64,000 bases of DNA from positions 5,056 to 69,055 of the forward strand of contig JBBILW010000001.1 of assembly GCA_037444725.1 (NCBI GenBank). Direction: 5' to 3'. The notes under the pieces were generated by a model. It did not search any database. It was not told the DNA's origin and worked only from the letters and a program-made list of their open reading frames with translations. Numbering within the stretch: the first letter of the stretch is position 1; each line of letters begins with the position of its first letter. Positions 58,993-64,000 of this stretch are shown here, one piece after another. The translations under genes and the position numbers were made by a program. Source of the DNA: Candidatus Jorgensenbacteria bacterium. Lineage in GTDB: Bacteria > Patescibacteriota > Minisyncoccia > UBA6257 > GWB1-50-10.

Positions 58993-61409
58993 TTCTTACC
59001 TGCTTTCATTCCAACCGCGAGCGGTACTGAGAGGGGATAAATGCTTTCCATGATGCGCTTTAGCACGGGTGCCACTGTTTCAAGCCGCGCATCGTCCACT
59101 TCAAACAAAAGCTCGTCATGTATCGAGAGAAGCAGTGATGCGCCGTCATTTTTTTCCAATTCCTTTTCACATTGAATCATCGCCATCTTTATAATGTCGG
59201 CGCCGAGTCCTTGGAGAGGCATATTAACGGCCGCGCGCTCAAATTCTCCGGGCGCAGACTCCTTCGGGAACCAGCGCTTTCTCCCCAGTGCATTTTCTGC
59301 GTATCCGTTTTGCTTTACCGATTCTTTTACCGTTTCTTGCCATTTTTTCACGCCGGGGAACGCGCGGAAATATTCCGCGATGAATTTCTGCGCTTCGGCA
59401 AAGGTGACACCGGTCGTTTTTGCGAAGAGTCTCGGCCCCATGCCGTAGATGATGCCGAAGTTCAGCGTTTTGCCGATGCGGCGATGTTTTGCGTCCACTT
59501 TGTCTTGAGTGATGCCGAACACTTTCGATGCGGTGAGCGCGTGAATATCTTCGTGGTGCAGGAAGGCGTTGGTGAGTGATTCATCGCCGCTTACGTGCGC
59601 CAAGAGGCGGAGTTCAATCTGTGAATAATCAAGCGAGAGGAAGGAGCGGTTTTTTCCGGCGACAAACGCGTCGCGCAGAGGTTCGGCCCATTTCGAACCC
59701 TGTGGAATATTCTGCAGGTTGGGGCGTTCGGAAGAGAGGCGGCCTGTCGAGGTGCCAGTCTGAAGATACGTGGTGTGCACGCGGCCATCGGCGGATGACG
59801 CCTCGATTAAGGGCTCTAAGAAGCTTGAGAACACTTTGAATGTTTCGCGGTATTGCAGGATGAGCGGCACCACGGGGTGCGCGTCTTTCATTTCATCCAG
59901 AATATCCTTGCCGGTTTTCCTGTGTCCTGTCGAGGTTTTTTTCTTCGGACTGCCATTTAATTTCAAACGGTCAAAAAGTACCTCGCCAATCTGCTGAGGG
60001 GAGTTGATGTTAAACGCGCCGCCTGCAGCCGCATAAATTTCATCTTCGAGACTCTTTAAATCTTTCTGCATCGTGCGCTGGAGTGCCAAGAGTGCATCAC
60101 GATCCGCGCCGATGCCGCGTTCCTCCATGCGGGCTAATACGCGCACGAGCGGCATCTCAATGTCTTTAAATATCGCGGTAAGTCCTGCCGCCTCGAGGCC
60201 GTGCGCATATATTTTTCCGAGCATTTTGAGCGCCTCGTGTTCTTTTTCTGGTGCGGTCAAGATATCAATAGCGGTAAGATTTTTTGAGAGTTCAATAAGG
60301 TCCGGCTCCTTGTTTTCTGAGTCAACGAGCCAGGCCGCCACATGGATATCGAAGAGCGGATCTGCTACGTCTATATGTTTGCGCGCAAGCGATTTTAAAA
60401 TCGGCTTCCAATCGAACGCGGTTTTCTGCAGCTTCCCTTGAAGTTCCTTCGTGTGCTCTTCGGCGTCGCGCGCGTTCGTCACGGTGACCATCGCCACATC
60501 TTCTCCGAGCGGCAACATAGGCGCTTCCGCGTGCGTTTTTTCTTGTTTTACTTGTTTGGGCTTACCGCTCACCATGCTTTCGAATCCGAGCGTTAAAAAG
60601 TACGCATTCAAATCCGCCTCGCTCGGCGCCTCGTAACGAAGTTCATCTAAGGTAACTTTGATAGGAACATTTGTTTCGATAGTGGAAAGTTTTTTCGAGA
60701 AGAGCGCGTCTTTTTTGAAGGGTAGGAATTTCTTTGCGAGCTTGTGATCCTTCGGCATCTCCTCATAGAGTTTTTCTATCGAGCCGAATTCGTGGAGTGC
60801 CGTGACCGCGGTTTTTGGTCCCACGCCGGGGACGCCCGGAATGTTGTCCGAAGGGTCGCCCACGAGGCCTTTATAGTCCGTCATCTGCTCGGGACCGAGT
60901 TCGTAGCGAGCTTTAACTGCATCCGCATCGTATTCGATTGTTTCACTTACGCCTTTTTTTGGTGCGCGCACCACCACACGGCCTCCCTTCACGAGCTGGA
61001 GCGTGTCCATGTCGCCCGTGAGAATTGTGATATGCAAATCCTTTTCGCCGAATTTTGTGGCGAGTGTGCCGATGATATCATCGCCTTCGTATCCCGCGAG
61101 CTCAAAGCAAGGGATGTTGAGTTTCTGAAAAAGTTCGCGCGATTTTATGAGTTGAGAGACGAGCTCGTCGGGTGCGGGCGGGCGATGCGCTTTGTATTGC
61201 TCAAACATCTCCTTGCGAAAGGTAGGTTCGGGCCTGTCGAACGCCGCCGCGACATAATCGGGCTTATGTTCGCGCATTGTTTTCATAAGCGCCCGCGCAA
61301 GACCATAAATAGCGCCTATCGGCTCACCACTCGGTGTTGTGAGCGGGGGGAGTGCGTGATAGGAGCGGTGGATGAGCGCGTGAGCGTCTATAAGGAGAAG
61401 ATTTTTCAT
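58968..61409 (-). CDS. polA: DNA polymerase I
   Basis: 5'-3' exonuclease N-terminus (LLIDAHALIHRSYHAL) and a polymerase A-family C-terminus. Confidence 0.95.
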   Translation of the reverse strand: MKNLLLIDAHALIHRSYHALPPLTTPSGEPIGAIYGLARALMKTMREHKPDYVAAAFDRPEPTFRKEMFEQYKAHRPPAPDELVSQLIKSRELFQKLNIPCFELAGYEGDDIIGTLATKFGEKDLHITILTGDMDTLQLVKGGRVVVRAPKKGVSETIEYDADAVKARYELGPEQMTDYKGLVGDPSDNIPGVPGVGPKTAVTALHEFGSIEKLYEEMPKDHKLAKKFLPFKKDALFSKKLSTIETNVPIKVTLDELRYEAPSEADLNAYFLTLGFESMVSGKPKQVKQEKTHAEAPMLPLGEDVAMVTVTNARDAEEHTKELQGKLQKTAFDWKPILKSLARKHIDVADPLFDIHVAAWLVDSENKEPDLIELSKNLTAIDILTAPEKEHEALKMLGKIYAHGLEAAGLTAIFKDIEMPLVRVLARMEERGIGADRDALLALQRTMQKDLKSLEDEIYAAAGGAFNINSPQQIGEVLFDRLKLNGSPKKKTSTGHRKTGKDILDEMKDAHPVVPLILQYRETFKVFSSFLEPLIEASSADGRVHTTYLQTGTSTGRLSSERPNLQNIPQGSKWAEPLRDAFVAGKNRSFLSLDYSQIELRLLAHVSGDESLTNAFLHHEDIHALTASKVFGITQDKVDAKHRRIGKTLNFGIIYGMGPRLFAKTTGVTFAEAQKFIAEYFRAFPGVKKWQETVKESVKQNGYAENALGRKRWFPKESAPGEFERAAVNMPLQGLGADIIKMAMIQCEKELEKNDGASLLLSIHDELLFEVDDARLETVAPVLKRIMESIYPLSVPLAVGMKAGKKWGTMKAL

Positions 61410-61493
61410 ACTAGAATACCTCTCTATTTTACACTCTTTTGTAAATATTACCTCGTATAAGCCGCCGCTTCATTGTGGTATTATTTGAATACT

Positions 61494-62006
61494 ATGAAGC
61501 AAAAGTATCTCATTGTTGCGGTTGTCGTGGTTGCGATTCTCATTGCTGCGGCGTTCGTATACTCGTATCTATCGTCGCCGTCACAAAAAGCGGCGCCGTC
61601 GGGCGTGCCTCCGGCTCCTACGACTTCGACTGCGCAGCAGCCCGCCCCCTCGCCGTACTACACGCCCGTGTATGTTTCTCTCATGCAAGAGATTTTGAAG
61701 AGGGATGCCCCCGCGGGTAGCGCACCGACCGATTTCACTGCATATAAAATCGTGGGCGGCTCCTTGAGCCCCTCGGGAGACAGGACGGCGGTTTACTTTG
61801 CGACGAAGGACCCCTCGACCGCCGATGGACGGTTTGTAAACAACGGTATTTTTTATGTAGTGAACGGCCGTCTTGGAAATAGCTATCTCATTACGAAGGC
61901 GGGCGCGACGGGCGGTATTCCCGAGATTAAAGATATTCAATGGATGAACAATTCAACGATGAGCTATCTTCTCGGAGACCAGGTAAAAACCATTTCTGTT
62001 CAATAA
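61494..62006 (+). CDS. membrane-anchored hypothetical protein
   Basis: TM helix followed by a Pro/Ala-rich linker and a globular domain. Start trimmed to MKQKYLIV. Confidence 0.4.
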   Translation: MKQKYLIVAVVVVAILIAAAFVYSYLSSPSQKAAPSGVPPAPTTSTAQQPAPSPYYTPVYVSLMQEILKRDAPAGSAPTDFTAYKIVGGSLSPSGDRTAVYFATKDPSTADGRFVNNGIFYVVNGRLGNSYLITKAGATGGIPEIKDIQWMNNSTMSYLLGDQVKTISVQ

Positions 62007-62099
62007 GCATTTCTTTGGACTGTCCCAAGAAATGCTTGTTTCGTCTTCGCTCGGACAAATCGCGCTTGTGCGCGTTTGCTCTCTCACTCGCCGAAATAG

Positions 62100-62130
62100 C
62101 AAAAAATCACCCGAGTCGGGTGATTTTTTA
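62100..62130. terminator. bidirectional rho-independent terminator
   Basis: aatcacccg-agt-cgggtgatt flanked by an A-run and a T-run. Confidence 0.55.
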
Positions 62131-62583
62131 TTTAAGTCCGCTTGCAGTAATGATGCGTTCGTTTTCTTTTTTACCGTGGCGGAAGCGGAGACGGATGGGG
62201 GAGGTGAAGCGTGCGCCCTTCAAGTTGTCCGCCCACTCTATTAAAAGAATGTTGCGCGCATCGCTTAGTGCCTCATGGATATTCAACGGTACGAGGTCTT
62301 TCATACTTGCTACGCGGTACGCGTCGAGGTGATAAAGGTTCTTATATTTCAGCCGTTTCAACGGGTAACGCTTCATAATGACAAATGTGGGGCTTGTGAG
62401 GCGACCCTTTACGCCAAGGGCATGGGCAAATCCTTGGATAAACGTGGTTTTGCCCGCGCCTAAATCTCCTTGGAGCGTAACAACGCGTGCTCGGACACCG
62501 GTTTTTGCGCGAACAAGTTTCGCGGCAAGGTGCGCCGCGAATTCTTTTGTATCGTGTGCGGATGTGCTTTTAAATACCGCCAT
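62128..62583 (-). CDS. tsaE: tRNA threonylcarbamoyladenosine biosynthesis protein TsaE
   Basis: P-loop VVTLQGDLGAGKTTF. Confidence 0.8.
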   Translation of the reverse strand: MAVFKSTSAHDTKEFAAHLAAKLVRAKTGVRARVVTLQGDLGAGKTTFIQGFAHALGVKGRLTSPTFVIMKRYPLKRLKYKNLYHLDAYRVASMKDLVPLNIHEALSDARNILLIEWADNLKGARFTSPIRLRFRHGKKENERIITASGLK

Positions 62584-62586
62584 AGT

Positions 62587-63594
62587 TTAGAGAAGTCCGT
62601 CTTTTTTCGCGAGGCCTAAGTGCTCATAGGCGAGCGCGGTTACGGTGCGTCCGGCAGGCGTGCGGTTCAGGAGTCCCAATTTCATAAGAAAGGGCTCGTA
62701 CACATCTTCAATGGTGCCCGGTTCTTCGTTTAATGCCGCGCCGAGTGATTTCAATCCGACGGGTCCGCCGTTAAACTTATCGATAATCGCACGAAGGAGT
62801 TGGCGGTCAGTGTTGTCGAGACCCAACGAATCGATTTCCAAAAGTTCGAGCGTCTTTGCAACCGCCTCATCGTTGATGATGTTATCCAAGTGCACCTGCG
62901 CATAATCGCGCGCGCGCTTTAACAAGCGGTTTGCAGTGCGCGGTGTGAAGCGTGAAGCTTCAGAAAGTTTCTTCGTTGCGTCTGGATGAAGTTTTACGCC
63001 GAGCAGCTTCGCATTGCGTTCGATGATGTGCGCCAAATCTTTCGGTTCGTAGTAGTCGAGGCGGAAGGTGGCACCAAAGCGAGAGCGCAACGGAGCCGAG
63101 AGCATGTTTGCTTTCGTTGTCGCCGCGATGATGGTGAAGGGCGGAAGGTCGAGCGAGAAGGTGCGCGCGGAAGGACCCTTGCCGACAATGAGGTGGAGCT
63201 TGCGGCTCTCCATTGCGGGGTAGAGGATTTCTTCGACCATCGTATTTACGCGATGCGCTTCGTCGATGAAGAGTATCTCGTTCGGCTCAAGGTTCGTGAG
63301 AAGCGCCGCCACATCACCCGCTTTCTCAAGCGCGGGACCGGAGGTCGATTTAATGTTTGCGCCCATCTGTTTGCCGATAAGGTAGGCGAGTGTGGTCTTG
63401 CCTAAGCCCGGAGGTCCATAAAACAAAAGGTGGTCGCAGCTTTCGTTGCGGCCCTTGGCGGCATCTATAATGAGGCGCAGGTTTGCCTTCACTTTTTCCT
63501 GGCCTACATAGTCCTCCCATTGGGAGGGGCGCAAGGAAAGATCGAGGTTGACCTCCTCGCTGGCTTGTGTATTATTAGAGTCCCGCGTAGTCAT
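62587..63594 (-). CDS. ruvB: Holliday junction branch-migration helicase RuvB
   Basis: AAA+ Walker A (GPPGLGKTTLA) and a winged-helix C-terminus. Confidence 0.95.
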   Translation of the reverse strand: MTTRDSNNTQASEEVNLDLSLRPSQWEDYVGQEKVKANLRLIIDAAKGRNESCDHLLFYGPPGLGKTTLAYLIGKQMGANIKSTSGPALEKAGDVAALLTNLEPNEILFIDEAHRVNTMVEEILYPAMESRKLHLIVGKGPSARTFSLDLPPFTIIAATTKANMLSAPLRSRFGATFRLDYYEPKDLAHIIERNAKLLGVKLHPDATKKLSEASRFTPRTANRLLKRARDYAQVHLDNIINDEAVAKTLELLEIDSLGLDNTDRQLLRAIIDKFNGGPVGLKSLGAALNEEPGTIEDVYEPFLMKLGLLNRTPAGRTVTALAYEHLGLAKKDGLL

Positions 63595-63880
63595 ACGGCG
63601 GTTTTTGTGAGAAAAGGGGAGGTATTGACAAATACTCCTTTGTGTGATAGGATTTGCTCAGCAAACTAAATCCTGGTTTTGGACCTGTGGGCATGCGGAT
63701 TCTTTCTTAGAACAATAGGATTATCTGGTTTCGGCTGGATTACTCCTCGGAAAAATTCGTTCCTTTCTTAAGTTCACTTTAAGTTAGGTTTTAAAAATGC
63801 CTTTATCGGCGCTCTGCCCACAGATCTAAGTCCGGGATTTTTTGTTTCTCCAGAACGAAGATGCTACATACGCGGCATCT

Positions 63881-64000
63881 TTATTTTTCCTTCGGGGTAT
63901 CCGTATTATGAAGCCAAGGTACTACTCCTGTTGTGCGCTCCACCTCATCCAAACTGGTGGTGCCAAGAATCACTTTCAACATACCATCTTCTTGCATTGT
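63881..64000 (-). CDS. partial GspE/PilB-family secretion or pilus ATPase, C-terminus only (5' end outside the window)
   Basis: The minus-strand frame ends ...MLKVILGTTSLDEVERTTGVV*, which matches the conserved C-terminal TSLEEV tail of type II/IV-pilus assembly ATPases. Confidence 0.35.
   Translation of the reverse strand, partial: TMQEDGMLKVILGTTSLDEVERTTGVVPWLHNTDTPKEK

Noticed and set aside
63790-63850. RNase P RNA, suggested by an AAGUCCGGG string that resembles the P4 strand
   Set aside because: A single 9-mer match is expected by chance in 64 kb. No companion P4 strand or other conserved RNase P elements could be aligned. It is kept only as a generic ncRNA possibility.

Overview
The window reads as about 64 kb of a compact, largely housekeeping bacterial chromosome with roughly 52-56% GC, tight gene spacing and few recognisable Shine-Dalgarno sequences. 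Several core proteins are shortened, which suggests a reduced genome, possibly of Patescibacteria/CPR type; that is inference only. 

Firm calls:
- Membrane, protein-quality and translation genes: a 5'-truncated H+-pyrophosphatase, Hsp20, valS, ftsH and rpsA.
- Chromosome maintenance and DNA metabolism: ftsK, recA, gyrA, ruvC, ruvB, polA and a comM/yifB-type ATPase.
- Other housekeeping genes: folD, rsmA, tsaE, the rpsO-pnp pair, a class A PBP and a LysM-M23 peptidase.
- The conserved origin neighbourhood rpmH-rnpA-yidC-jag | dnaA | dnaN, with DnaA boxes in the dnaA-dnaN spacer.
- Three tRNA genes: Val-TAC, an unusual Ile-TAT, and Leu-TAG.
- Many rho-independent terminators.

No rRNA genes and no bona fide CRISPR array were seen.

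Accessory and unusual content:
1. A ~13 kb co-directional cluster at 35974-49196 is built around a VirB4-family ATPase that is split into two overlapping ORFs. It also encodes a PrgI/VirB3-like protein, a VirB6-like polytopic membrane protein, many unrecognisable secreted proteins and a terminal pilin-fold/Cys-rich fusion protein. This is the best candidate for a poorly described envelope or pilus system.
2. Three tandem VirB2/TrbC-like pilin paralogues sit next to tRNA-Leu and a tyrosine recombinase, and the spacer between them is littered with scrambled tRNA-Leu fragments.
3. A single-gene low-GC island encoding a PD-(D/E)xK-like protein lies beside tRNA-Val.
4. A ~110 bp direct-repeat array and a MITE-like inverted-repeat element occupy two intergenic regions.
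5. A partial PilB/GspE-like ATPase C-terminus lies at the 3' edge of the window.
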